A DNA stretch of 64,000 nt from Minisyncoccota bacterium. Lineage in GTDB: Bacteria > Patescibacteriota > Minisyncoccia > 2-02-FULL-40-12 > IGHO2-01-FULL-4-A. Below are positions 29,985-39,645 of the stretch, one piece after another. Made by a program: the position numbers and the translations under genes. Location: assembly GCA_040881175.1 (NCBI GenBank), contig JBBEDS010000014.1, forward strand, positions 23,174-87,173, given 5' to 3'. The notes beneath the pieces were generated by a model, which saw only the letters and a program-made list of their open reading frames with translations, was not told the origin of the DNA and did no database searches. Numbering within the stretch: position 1 is the first letter of the stretch; every line of letters begins with the position of its first letter.

Positions 29985-32153
29985 CTAGTTTGAAGATTGA
30001 CCTGTGCCTAAGACCCATCTCTGCACAGACTCTTCCCAGTTCTTAGATTGAGAATCTTTCCCATGATTTTCAGGTATAGGCCCTGAAGGATTATCTTTAT
30101 TTACGTAATAGAGCAGAGAGTGTATTCCGTCAGGGCCATTGTAGTTACCATTTAGCATTACCTTATCAGCGAACACAGGATTTGGCTTTATGAACTGTTC
30201 TGATGGCGTGCCAGCAAGAGCTCTCGCAATAAACTCGTGCCACATAGGGCCTGCTGCTGATAAACCGGCTCCTTGCTGAGTCATTGAGTCATTATTATTG
30301 TTCCCCGTCCAGACTCCGACTGCAAGAGATGGGGTGTAGCCTATAAGCCAACCATCTCTGTTCTCCTGAGTGGTACCTGTCTTAGCGGCTACCTGACGGT
30401 CAGCGAAGTATAAAGAGCTGTTATAGCCGAATACAGGCCCTCTGGCGTTATTATCAGACAAGACATCGGACATCAAACGAGCCAGTTGAGCATCTAAGAC
30501 TCTTTCCTCCTGGACTTTGTTTTCTTCAAGAATGGTCCCGTCTCCAGTTACAACTTTCTGAATGAATGTCTGAGGTGTTCTTATCCCGTCATTTGCTAAA
30601 ACACCATAGGCGGCTACCATGTCTACAAGACGAACCTCTCCACCACCCAAGACTAGAGACAAGCCATATCTAGGCCGGTCATTAAGGGTGGTAATGCCCA
30701 TTTTATGGGCTAGATCGATAGTACCTTCTATACCAGCCAGGTAGAGAGTTTTAACGGAAGGGACGTTTAGTGATTGAGAAAGAGCCTGACGCATTGTTAC
30801 AGGGCCTCTGAAGCGGCCATCATAGTTTTGGGGATTATAGCAATCAAGACCAGAAGGATCCTTTGTTTGAGTAGCTGAAGAAGAACACTCGGGATTAAAT
30901 TCTGTTGGCAGATCGAAAAGTATAGTCGAATCGGCAAAACCTTTTTCGAAGGCTAGGGTATAAGCAAAAGGTTTAAATGACGAACCTGGCTGACGACTTG
31001 CTGTTGCAACGTTAAAATTACCCTCAAATTTACATGTCTTTCCTGGAATGCAGCCTTCGGGTTCCGCTTCACCAGAGTAATCTTTGGAACCGACCATAGC
31101 TAGAATATAGCCGGTCTTAGGGTCGGTCGCGACCAGAGCAGCATTATTAGCCTTATACCTTTCGGTATTAATCTCCGCGTACTTCTTTACGGTTTCTTCC
31201 GCTATCTTCTGTAGCTCCGAATCCAGGGTCGTGTAAACTCTAAGGCCACCATTCTGAACCATATCCTCGCCATACTTGTTCACCAGGTACTCTCTTACCA
31301 TGATGACGAAATGAGGAGCAGGAAAGCTGATCTCTGGAGTTGTTATTTCCGGAAATTCACTCACGGCCACGTCATGCTCCTCTTGAGTTATCGTGCCTAA
31401 GTTAAGCATTCTGCCTAAAATGAGATCTCTTCTATCAATCGCCCGCGAGAGGTTATTATTAGTACCATAAGGGGAGTAATAGCTTGGCGCATTAGGTAAA
31501 GCTGCTAAAAGTGTAGCCTCAGCTATATCCAGGTCCTTAGCGGGTTTATTAAAAAATGTTTGTGCAGCAGCTTCAATGCCGTAAGCATTGGAACCATAGG
31601 GTATTTGGTTCAAGTACATCCAAAATATTTCATCTTTGCTAAATTTACGTTCGATCTGAACCGAGAGGACAGCTTCCTTAACTTTTCTAGCGATTGTCTT
31701 CTCATCTCCAAGCAGAGATTTTTTAATCAGCTGCTGAGTTATCGTAGAGCCGCCCTGAGAGGCATCTAGGTTACGCAAGTCTTTGTATAATGCGCGGAGA
31801 ATGCCCCTAAAGTCTATGCCGCCATGGTTATAGAAATCGCTGTCTTCAGCAGCGAGAGTAGCATCTTTTACTGTCTGAGGTATCTGCTCCCAAGGGATGA
31901 TAGTTCTTTTTTCTTCGCCGTGGATGTCATAAAGAAGGGATTCTCTGGTGTTGTCATAAATTTTGGTAGACTCACTGACTCGGCGAGCGGCTATAGCTGA
32001 AGGATCAGGAACTTGGCGGGCGTAGTATAGAAAAATGACCACTAAAAAAACCAAGCCGGTTACGGCTAGCAATAATAGGGTAAGGAAGAAATTCTTTAAC
32101 TGGCTGGGTTTTTTCTTCTTTTTTGATCTTTGCATGTATGCTGATTTTGCCAT
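29985..32153 (-). CDS. class A penicillin-binding protein (PBP1A family)
   Basis: AEDSDFY, GGSTITQQL, QPGSSFKP, SLN, KTGT. Confidence 0.95.
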   Translation of the reverse strand: MAKSAYMQRSKKKKKPSQLKNFFLTLLLLAVTGLVFLVVIFLYYARQVPDPSAIAARRVSESTKIYDNTRESLLYDIHGEEKRTIIPWEQIPQTVKDATLAAEDSDFYNHGGIDFRGILRALYKDLRNLDASQGGSTITQQLIKKSLLGDEKTIARKVKEAVLSVQIERKFSKDEIFWMYLNQIPYGSNAYGIEAAAQTFFNKPAKDLDIAEATLLAALPNAPSYYSPYGTNNNLSRAIDRRDLILGRMLNLGTITQEEHDVAVSEFPEITTPEISFPAPHFVIMVREYLVNKYGEDMVQNGGLRVYTTLDSELQKIAEETVKKYAEINTERYKANNAALVATDPKTGYILAMVGSKDYSGEAEPEGCIPGKTCKFEGNFNVATASRQPGSSFKPFAYTLAFEKGFADSTILFDLPTEFNPECSSSATQTKDPSGLDCYNPQNYDGRFRGPVTMRQALSQSLNVPSVKTLYLAGIEGTIDLAHKMGITTLNDRPRYGLSLVLGGGEVRLVDMVAAYGVLANDGIRTPQTFIQKVVTGDGTILEENKVQEERVLDAQLARLMSDVLSDNNARGPVFGYNSSLYFADRQVAAKTGTTQENRDGWLIGYTPSLAVGVWTGNNNNDSMTQQGAGLSAAGPMWHEFIARALAGTPSEQFIKPNPVFADKVMLNGNYNGPDGIHSLLYYVNKDNPSGPIPENHGKDSQSKNWEESVQRWVLGTGQSSN

Positions 32154-32213
32154 AAAACGGTCAAATTTACAAGGCGAGGGAGAAGGGTTATAATTCAATA
32201 ATAACTCAATTTT

Positions 32214-33416
32214 ATGGCCAAGATTATTGTCGATGAGAATCTAATCAACGAGGTACTTAACTCTAGATACATAGAGGCCGCTTTTCCTTCCAAGGATAAA
32301 ATAAAAGCTCTTTTTCTTGAAGGCAGAAGGCTGTCTTTCTATCTAGGAGTGGACCCTACAGGTCCGGACATACACCTTGGGCACACGACGAACCTATTTC
32401 TTTTAAAGAGGATTGCCGAGTTGGGCCACAAGATAATAATTCTGATAGGAGATTTCACGGCTAGGATCGGAGACCCTACAGATAAAGAGAGCTCACGCAA
32501 AGCGCTTACCGAGAAAGAGGTAAAAGAGAATATGAAAACTTACCTTGAGCAAGTTCAAAAAGTCTTGCCCAAAAAGATGTTTGAGGTGAAGCATAACAGC
32601 GCATGGCTGAAGAAGATGTCTTTTGAAGATGTGATAAGGCTAGCGTCAAAGTTCACTGTGCAACAGATGATTGCCAGGGACATGTTCCAAGAAAGGATTA
32701 AAAAAGAGAAGCCGATTTTTATACACGAATTTCTTTACCCGTTAATGCAGGGCTATGATTCGGTAGCCATGGAAGTAGATGGAGAGGTGGGGGGTAACGA
32801 CCAGACCTTCAACATGCTAGTGGGCAGAGATTTGTCTAAAGAAGTGTTGGGCAAAGACAAGGTGGTCATTGCCACTAAACTTCTAGAAGATCCAAAGACA
32901 GGCAAGAAACTTATGAATAAGAGTGAGGGCCAATATATCTCTCTGAACGATGCCCCTAATGATCTTTTCGGAAAGGTAATGGCTATGCCAGATCAAAGCA
33001 TCATTCCAGTACTTTCCTATGCTACCGAGGTCCCTGATAGTAGGCTGGCGGAGGTAAGGAAAATGTTAGATGGAGGAGAAAACCCCAAGATGGCCAAAGA
33101 GGAAACAGCCTACGAGTTAGTCAAGCTATACTATGGAGAAAAAGAAGCCCAGAAAGCTAAAGAAGGTTTTGGAAAGGTATTCTCAGAAGGTAAAACTCCC
33201 GATAATATAGAAGAATTTCAGATATCGGAGGAAGTGGCTCCGATTCTGGAAGTCCTAGAAGGGTCGGGCCTAGCCAACTCAAGAAGCGAAGCTAAGCGCC
33301 TAGTAGACCAAAAAGCAGTTACGATAAACGGCGAAGCTGTAGAAGATTGGGGTCACGAAATTAAAAAAGGAGACATCCTAAAGGTGGGATCTCATAGATT
33401 CCTGAAAATAGTATAG
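32214..33416 (+). CDS. tyrS: tyrosine--tRNA ligase
   Basis: DPTGPDIHLGH, YPLMQGYD, GGNDQ, S4 tail. Confidence 0.97.
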   Translation: MAKIIVDENLINEVLNSRYIEAAFPSKDKIKALFLEGRRLSFYLGVDPTGPDIHLGHTTNLFLLKRIAELGHKIIILIGDFTARIGDPTDKESSRKALTEKEVKENMKTYLEQVQKVLPKKMFEVKHNSAWLKKMSFEDVIRLASKFTVQQMIARDMFQERIKKEKPIFIHEFLYPLMQGYDSVAMEVDGEVGGNDQTFNMLVGRDLSKEVLGKDKVVIATKLLEDPKTGKKLMNKSEGQYISLNDAPNDLFGKVMAMPDQSIIPVLSYATEVPDSRLAEVRKMLDGGENPKMAKEETAYELVKLYYGEKEAQKAKEGFGKVFSEGKTPDNIEEFQISEEVAPILEVLEGSGLANSRSEAKRLVDQKAVTINGEAVEDWGHEIKKGDILKVGSHRFLKIV

Positions 33417-33425
33417 ATGTAAAAT

Positions 33426-33457
33426 AAAAGACACCTGGCATTTGCCAGGTGTCTTTT
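33426..33457. terminator. bidirectional intrinsic terminator
   Basis: AAAAGACACCTGGCA-TT-TGCCAGGTGTCTTTT. Confidence 0.85.
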
Positions 33458-33468
33458 AAAAGTTAACT

Positions 33469-33585
33469 TTATTCGGAGTCTTCTTCGCCTTCACCTTCAT
33501 CTTCGCTTTCTGTCTCTTCTACCACGCCTTCTTCATCTAGCTCCTCTTCTTCCACAAAGGAATACTTATAATCATGGTTCAACAT
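33469..33585 (-). CDS. 38-aa highly acidic peptide
   Basis: MLNHDYKYSFVEEEELDEEGVVEETESEDEGEGEEDSE*, lies between ruvC and the terminator. Confidence 0.6.
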   Translation of the reverse strand: MLNHDYKYSFVEEEELDEEGVVEETESEDEGEGEEDSE

Positions 33586-33657
33586 GATATCTTTTCAGTC
33601 TCGTTACGCTCCCGGATCTCCAAAAGGTTATCTGCGGGTGGCACAAACGAAACCCAG

Positions 33658-34137
33658 TTAATTTTCATATACTACAGTATTGGCGCAACAGATTGCAAGA
33701 GCTAGGGCATCTGCCGTGTCGTCTGGCTTGGGTTCGGTTTCTAGCCCCAGGATCATCTTAACCATTTTCTGAACTTGGTTCTTCTCGGCTCTGCCATAAC
33801 CCGACACAGCCTGCTTTACCTGTAGGGGAGTGAATTCTGTTATCTCTATACCGTTATTGGCGGCAACTACCATTAGAACACCCCTGACCTCGCTTACTTT
33901 AATCACGGTTTTTGCGTTTTTAAAAAAGAAGAGACTCTCCAACGAAACCTTGTCAGGTTTAAATTTTTTTATCAGTTTATCAAAGAAATCATAAACCTCC
34001 CTAACTCTGTCCCGATTCATAATATTCACACCTGTTTTTAAAAAACCGAAATCGACGGGCGTGTAGCTCTTTTTATCGGTGTCTATTATTCCATAGCCGA
34101 TAAGAGAGGTTCCAGGATCTAAGCCTAGTATGCGCAT
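33658..34137 (-). CDS. ruvC: Holliday junction resolvase RuvC
   Basis: ILGLDPG, E, DDTADALA. Confidence 0.96.
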   Translation of the reverse strand: MRILGLDPGTSLIGYGIIDTDKKSYTPVDFGFLKTGVNIMNRDRVREVYDFFDKLIKKFKPDKVSLESLFFFKNAKTVIKVSEVRGVLMVVAANNGIEITEFTPLQVKQAVSGYGRAEKNQVQKMVKMILGLETEPKPDDTADALALAICCANTVVYEN

Positions 34138-34141
34138 GAGG

Positions 34142-34669
34142 TTATTGTTTTAAATTAGTATGAACGTTTCCCACATCATCGTGAGAGTTTAACTCTTCAA
34201 AAAGCTTATCTATCTTCTGTTTGACGGACTCATCGCTAATTTCTAGAGGACTATGGGGATTCCAATTTGCGTCGAACATCCAATTGAGAGAGTTCTCTGG
34301 AACCATTTTGACATCGTTCTTGGAGAATACATTTTTAATCTCGCCTATAGTTCGGTTCGTATTGTCAGTTATGGCTTCAACTATGATAGCTATTGAGAAG
34401 GGGCCCATTCCTTGGATTACCATTTCGTTCAAGGCTGCAGAGTCTTTCTCCGATACTCTTTTTATGGCTCGGTCGATATTATCCTTGGGCATATTTGCTG
34501 CACGGGCCTCATCGATGGCCGACTGCAGCTTAAAGTTAACTGAAGGGTCAGCGCCATTCTTAGCTGCGACAGTTATCCTCTTCGCAAGTTTGCTAAAAAC
34601 CTGACCCTTCTTCTGGTCGCTTATTCCCTTCTTATGCTTTATTTGTGACCATTTGCTATGACCTGACAT
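34142..34669 (-). CDS. yebC: YebC/PmpR family protein (short form)
   Basis: MSGHSKWSQIKHKK, TDNTNRT. Confidence 0.95.
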   Translation of the reverse strand: MSGHSKWSQIKHKKGISDQKKGQVFSKLAKRITVAAKNGADPSVNFKLQSAIDEARAANMPKDNIDRAIKRVSEKDSAALNEMVIQGMGPFSIAIIVEAITDNTNRTIGEIKNVFSKNDVKMVPENSLNWMFDANWNPHSPLEISDESVKQKIDKLFEELNSHDDVGNVHTNLKQ

Positions 34670-34711
34670 GATTCCTATTCTAGCCCGTGACTGAGACTCA
34701 GTAAAGCATCA

Positions 34712-35101
34712 CTAACAGGGTTTGTGGAGCTCACGCTCATAATTCTTGAGCAACTCAGCTTCTGAGCTGAACTCTCTCAAATATTCCCTAGAAAGACTCT
34801 TCCACGAGCTGTCGGTGTCACAATAGTAGTACCGGGCTCTACTATTGGAGCTTGTATAGAAAATATGGCTAGATTGCTTGGATGAGGCGGTCGGGACAGA
34901 TGCGGGAGCTTTAGTAGCGGTTGGGTTGCCGAGAGACTCCCTAGATATAGGAGAGGGGGTTGCCGTTTTTTCTATCGACTCTTTTAGTGTTTGGATTATC
35001 TCCGCATGGCCTTCAACTTGGCTTGGAGTATTGGAGTTTTCAGAAATAAATATTGCGCCAAGAGTTACAAGGAAAACGGTGAATAGAACCGGTAGGCGCA
35101 T
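34712..35101 (-). CDS. membrane-anchored hypothetical protein
   Basis: N-terminal TM, Ser/Thr/Pro linker, small C-terminal domain. Confidence 0.65.
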   Translation of the reverse strand: MRLPVLFTVFLVTLGAIFISENSNTPSQVEGHAEIIQTLKESIEKTATPSPISRESLGNPTATKAPASVPTASSKQSSHIFYTSSNSRARYYYCDTDSSWKSLSREYLREFSSEAELLKNYERELHKPC

Positions 35102-35104
35102 GAG

Positions 35105-36133
35105 TTAGATCAATTTTTCTTGAGGTACGTCTTCTCTGCTGTGGCCGAGATGTTTTAGGGCCAGGTCAGTAAGCATTCTACCGCGAGATGTACGTGCAAG
35201 AAAACCTATTTGCATAAGATAGGGCTCATAAACATCCTCGATAGTTTCCTCCTCCTCTGCTATAGAAGCAGCTACCGATTTGAGACCGACAGGACCGCCC
35301 TTGAAACTCTCGGCAATTGTCTTGAGTATTTTCCGGTCCGTGGCATCAAGTCCCAGCTCATCTATGCCAAGTAAAGACAGGGCTTCAATGGCAAGGGGCG
35401 CCGTTATAAACTCAGAGTTTTTAACTTGAGCATAGTCACGCGCTCTTTTAAGAAGTCGATTGGCAATTCTAGGAGTAAAGCGGGAAGAGCTGGCCAGTTT
35501 ATCTAAGGCCTCATCATCTATCTTTACCTTAAGGAGCTTAGCAGAACGGCTCAATATTTTCTTTATTTCATCTTGACTGTAGAAGTCTAGTTTATAATGG
35601 GCTCCAAAGCGTGAACGGAAGGGATTCGATAGAAGAGATACCCTGGTAGTAGCCGCTATGAGGGTGAAGCGGGGGAGATTGACCTGAAGAGTCTTGGCCG
35701 AAGTGCCTTTGCCGATAATAATATCGAGATTATAATTCTCCATTGCTGGATAGAGTGTTTCCTCGACGGTTTTGTTCAGTCTATGGACCTCGTCTATGAA
35801 CAGGAAGTCACCATCTGAAAGACCGGTTAGAATAGAGCCTATGTCCCCAGCTTTCTCTAATGCTGCTCCTGAGGTAATTCGGATGCCTGCGCCGGACTCT
35901 TTGGCTATTAGGTATGCTAGGGTCGTTTTGCCCAGACCAGACGGCCCATGGATCAGAATATGCTCCAGAGTGTCTTCTCTTTTTTTTGAGGCCTCAATCA
36001 GTATAGACAGGTTTTTCTTTACATTTTCCTGTCCTACATAGTCGCCGAAAACAGACGGTCTTAAAGCCAGATCCAGTACTTGGTCATCTGGCTCCTGGGC
36101 AACTGGGGTCTTTTTTTTTGTTGTATCCGGCAT
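35105..36133 (-). CDS. ruvB: Holliday junction branch migration helicase RuvB
   Basis: GPSGLGKTT, IDEVHRL, TPRIANRLL, GGPVG. Confidence 0.97.
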   Translation of the reverse strand: MPDTTKKKTPVAQEPDDQVLDLALRPSVFGDYVGQENVKKNLSILIEASKKREDTLEHILIHGPSGLGKTTLAYLIAKESGAGIRITSGAALEKAGDIGSILTGLSDGDFLFIDEVHRLNKTVEETLYPAMENYNLDIIIGKGTSAKTLQVNLPRFTLIAATTRVSLLSNPFRSRFGAHYKLDFYSQDEIKKILSRSAKLLKVKIDDEALDKLASSSRFTPRIANRLLKRARDYAQVKNSEFITAPLAIEALSLLGIDELGLDATDRKILKTIAESFKGGPVGLKSVAASIAEEEETIEDVYEPYLMQIGFLARTSRGRMLTDLALKHLGHSREDVPQEKLI

Positions 36134-36155
36134 AAGAAGTGCTTTAAAAACTGGC

Positions 36156-36184
36156 TTGACAGATAGCTATTTTATAGATAGAAT
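36156..36184 (+). promoter_or_regulatory. sigma70-type promoter
   Basis: TTGACA-17 nt-TAGAAT pointing into a gap with no credible ORF. Confidence 0.75.
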
Positions 36185-36190
36185 ATGAGC

Positions 36191-36392
36191 ATAGAGTCCC
36201 TGGGTTAGGGGCTTTAGTTTAAACCTTATAGTCTGTAGGCAATTGAGCTATTTGATATAATCATACGGCTCAATCGGAGTATTCTCGCAGACGGGTGTCT
36301 TGGTTCCGACTGGGATATACCTCGGTACTACTCTACCCTGGGTTTCCTTAGGTCCGGGTTTTTGCCTACAGGCTATAGGGTTTAATTTTTTT
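36191..36392 (+). ncRNA. candidate structured ncRNA (~200 nt), possibly 6S-like
   Basis: Own promoter; 24-bp closing helix 36219-36242/36362-36385 with two G:U pairs; internal hairpins; ends in U-tract. Confidence 0.55.
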
Positions 36393-38061
36393 ATTCTCCA
36401 ACTACTCGTAGTACTTCGTCAATGGAAGTTATCCCCGAAATGGCTTTTATCAGGCCGTCTTGCAGCAAAGTTATCATTCCTTTCTCCTTGGCCATATCTT
36501 CTACTTCAGATATTGCCGGCGATTTTAATATCAATCTTTCCATATCCGGATCAATCTCAAAAAGTTCGTATACTCCGATGCGTCCCTTGTAGCCGGTCCC
36601 ATTGCAGTCCTCGCAGCCTTGGGGGTAATGTATCTCCATTGATTCACTCAAGTCAGTAGCCTCAACTTCTTTGGGCAGCTTAGCCAGATATTTTCTTAGC
36701 AGCTCGAGATCCGGGGCTGCTATTTTTTGTTTCTTCTTACAGTTTTCGCAAAGACGTCTGACAAGACGCTGAGCCATTGCAGCATTAAGAGCCGGAGCTA
36801 TAGTCACAGGTTTTACGTTGAAATCAATGAGTCTAGGGATGGTTCCAGCCGCGTTATTAGTGTGCAGAGTCGAGAATACCAAGTGTCCCGTCAAAGACGC
36901 CTGCATGGCGATCTCGGCTGTTTCCGCATCACGTATCTCACCGACCAATATTACATCCGGATCCTGTCTGACTATTGAACGTAGCCCATCAGCAAAAGTG
37001 TATCCGGCCCGTGCATCAACTTGCGTTTGAGCTACCCCTTCAATGTGGTATTCGATTGGATCTTCGATCGTTATTATCTTCACATCTGGGCTATTAACTT
37101 GTCGCAAGAAAGCATATAGGGTGGTTGTCTTACCAGAGCCAGTAGGGCCGGTGGTTAATATTGAGCCCGTAGTTTTTTGTAAAAGCTTTTTGATCTTGGC
37201 TAAGGTATCTCCACGCATTCCTAAATCTTCTAGCTTTTGTCGGATAGTCAACGGATCGAGAAGACGCATTACAATGTTCTCGCCATAAGCTCCGGGTAGG
37301 ACTGACACACGAACTTCAATATCTCTACCTTCTTGTCTGATCGTAAAGCGACCATCTTGGGGAACATTGTGGACGTTTATCTTTAGTCCGGACAGGAGCT
37401 TAATGCGGGAAAGAATATTCGGGTAGCCCGTTGTAGAAAAATCGACGATGTCGCTCAGCATCCCATCCAGACGGTAGCGTAGTCTAATAGCGGCCTCTTC
37501 TGGTTCAAGGTGAATATCTGATGCTCCTACCTTGAGAGCACCAGCCATGATCATGTTTAGAACCTTGGTGATTGGAAGAGATGTCAGCTGTTCTTTTAAG
37601 TCAGCGAGCCCTTCTATCTGGCCCTCGAGGTTGGCTATCTCAGATTCTTTAATGGAGACTACTCCCTCCGTGGTTTGAGAACGCTCCTTCTTGAGCTCAT
37701 ATCTTTGCCAAGCGGAAGCTAGGCTTTCGCCCGAGACTATAACAACGTCAGGGTTGTAGCCGTCTTTCCTTAATTTTTCCAAAGAGGCGGAAGTCGGATG
37801 ATTGTCAGGGTTTAAAACAGCCACCCGAATATCCTTACCTTTCTTTGATATGACCGCCATTTGACTGGCGCGAGCGTCACTCTCTTGCATAAGCAAGATA
37901 GCGTCGTTGTCTATAGGGAAAGATTTGAGGTTAAGGTAGTGAAGGCCGGCCTTTTGCGCCAAGGCCTTAGCATTATCTTCATCCTGCTGTTTTTTGATGG
38001 AAGATAGCTTCTCTTCCAGCTCTTTCTCCAGCTCAGGTTTTTTTAGTGATGTTTGAGCCAT
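36391..38061 (-). CDS. GspE/PilB family type IV pilus assembly ATPase
   Basis: ASDIHLEP, GPTGSGKTTT, EDPIEY, RQDPDVILVGEIRD, CxxC pairs. Confidence 0.95.
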   Translation of the reverse strand: MAQTSLKKPELEKELEEKLSSIKKQQDEDNAKALAQKAGLHYLNLKSFPIDNDAILLMQESDARASQMAVISKKGKDIRVAVLNPDNHPTSASLEKLRKDGYNPDVVIVSGESLASAWQRYELKKERSQTTEGVVSIKESEIANLEGQIEGLADLKEQLTSLPITKVLNMIMAGALKVGASDIHLEPEEAAIRLRYRLDGMLSDIVDFSTTGYPNILSRIKLLSGLKINVHNVPQDGRFTIRQEGRDIEVRVSVLPGAYGENIVMRLLDPLTIRQKLEDLGMRGDTLAKIKKLLQKTTGSILTTGPTGSGKTTTLYAFLRQVNSPDVKIITIEDPIEYHIEGVAQTQVDARAGYTFADGLRSIVRQDPDVILVGEIRDAETAEIAMQASLTGHLVFSTLHTNNAAGTIPRLIDFNVKPVTIAPALNAAMAQRLVRRLCENCKKKQKIAAPDLELLRKYLAKLPKEVEATDLSESMEIHYPQGCEDCNGTGYKGRIGVYELFEIDPDMERLILKSPAISEVEDMAKEKGMITLLQDGLIKAISGITSIDEVLRVVGE

Positions 38062-38232
38062 ATTCGGCGTGGATTATTACTAACAATTCTAGCACCTTTT
38101 TTGTTTTTTGTTCTCAACACCTGGGCGTTCTGGTCATCTGGGAAATTTTAAGTGTAAGCTTCGGTTTATCAGCAATACGAATCCGGGTCAAATGAAGAAA
38201 TTGGGGATAAATTGTTGATAAAGGTAGGGCTA

Positions 38233-38333
38233 TTGACCCGCAATAATCTTGGTGATATAATACAATTTAAAGGTTGAATGTTGACGTGATGTCCGCCAGA
38301 AAGCGGGCATTTTCATTAATATCAACCATTCAA
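38233..38333 (+). promoter_or_regulatory. nusA promoter and structured leader
   Basis: TTGACC-17-TATAAT then long hairpin 38274-38333 ending 4 nt before ATG. Confidence 0.65.
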
Positions 38334-38337
38334 AGAC

Positions 38338-39645
38338 ATGCTAGACACAAAACAATTCGTTTCGGCGATCAAACAGATCACTGAAGAAAAGGGCATTCCC
38401 GAAGAGAAGGTCGTAGAGACAATAGAGGCTGCTATCGCTGCGGCATACAAGAAGGACTATGGAGAGAAGGGCCAGATCGTTCGGGCAAAGTTAGACCAGG
38501 AAACCGGGGATATTTCTATTACCCAGGTTAAGTTTGTAGTGGAAGGAGTAGACGAAGAAGGCAATATTATCGGAGAGCTGCCCGAAAGACATGTCGCCGA
38601 AGCTGCAGCTCATGAGAAGCCACAGGAAACAGAAGAAGAGGGTGGTGATGATCTTAAGGTTAAATTTAACCCTGAAAAATACATAACCCTGGAGGAGGTT
38701 AAGAAGATAAACAAGAAACTGAAGATTGGCGACGAGCTAATTATTAAGCTTGAGCCAAAGACAGAGTTTGGCCGCATTGCTGCCCAAACTGCCAAGCAGG
38801 TTATTATTCAGAGATTGAGAGAAGTTGAGAGGGAGGCGGTATTCAGTGAATTTAAGGAAAAAGAGGGCGAAGTTGCTTCTGGTGTTGTCCAAAGGATCGA
38901 AGGCCGTTTGGTATATATCGATCTTGGCCGGACTAATGGATTGCTCATTCCAGCTGAGCAGCTCTACTTCGACAACTACAGGATTGGGCAGAGATTAAGG
39001 TTCTTAATTCTTAGAGTGGAAGAAACAAATCGTGGACCCGCAGTATTGCTTTCCCGATCCCACCCAAGATTAGTTCTTAAACTTTTTGAATTTGAAGTTC
39101 CGGAAATTGAGGCTGGCAGCGTTGAGATCAAAGCTATTGCTAGAGAGGCTGGATCAAGATCTAAGGTCGCTGTCGTATCGAATGAAGAGGGGGTAGACCC
39201 TATCGGATCGCTCGTTGGACAAAAAGGAGTCAGAGTTCAGACAGTAATTAATGAATTGGGTAACGAGAAGATTGATATCATAGAGTGGAGCGAAGACCCG
39301 GAAAAATTCATTACCAACGCCTTGTCTCCAGCGAAGATCGTTGATGTTAAGGTTGTTAGCCAAGAGAAAAGACATGCCCTAGTTGAAGTTGCTGACGACC
39401 AGTTCTCTCTTGCCATAGGCAAAAAGGGACAAAATGTCAGACTCGCTGCAAAACTTACCGGCTGGAAGATCGATGTCAGGGCCCCGCAGGCCCAGATGTC
39501 AGCCGAAGAGGCTTTGACGGAATCAGAGGAGAGCGAGGAGTCTAATAAAGTAGAAGCTCTTAACGTGGAGGAGCAAGACAACAGGGAAGAGCCGAAAGCA
39601 GAAGAGGTAAAGCCTGAAGGAAAAGAAGAAGACAAAAAAGAATAA
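38338..39645 (+). CDS. nusA: transcription termination factor NusA
   Basis: FGRIAAQTAKQ, AREAGSRSK, IGKKGQNVRLAAKLTGWKID. Confidence 0.97.
   Translation: MLDTKQFVSAIKQITEEKGIPEEKVVETIEAAIAAAYKKDYGEKGQIVRAKLDQETGDISITQVKFVVEGVDEEGNIIGELPERHVAEAAAHEKPQETEEEGGDDLKVKFNPEKYITLEEVKKINKKLKIGDELIIKLEPKTEFGRIAAQTAKQVIIQRLREVEREAVFSEFKEKEGEVASGVVQRIEGRLVYIDLGRTNGLLIPAEQLYFDNYRIGQRLRFLILRVEETNRGPAVLLSRSHPRLVLKLFEFEVPEIEAGSVEIKAIAREAGSRSKVAVVSNEEGVDPIGSLVGQKGVRVQTVINELGNEKIDIIEWSEDPEKFITNALSPAKIVDVKVVSQEKRHALVEVADDQFSLAIGKKGQNVRLAAKLTGWKIDVRAPQAQMSAEEALTESEESEESNKVEALNVEEQDNREEPKAEEVKPEGKEEDKKE

Noticed and set aside
33658-36133. Loss of ruvA
   Set aside because: Absent from this locus only; it may lie elsewhere in the genome.
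36300-36659. 119-aa + strand ORF downstream of the 36156 promoter
   Set aside because: TTG start without RBS, antisense to pilB, crosses the U-tract.
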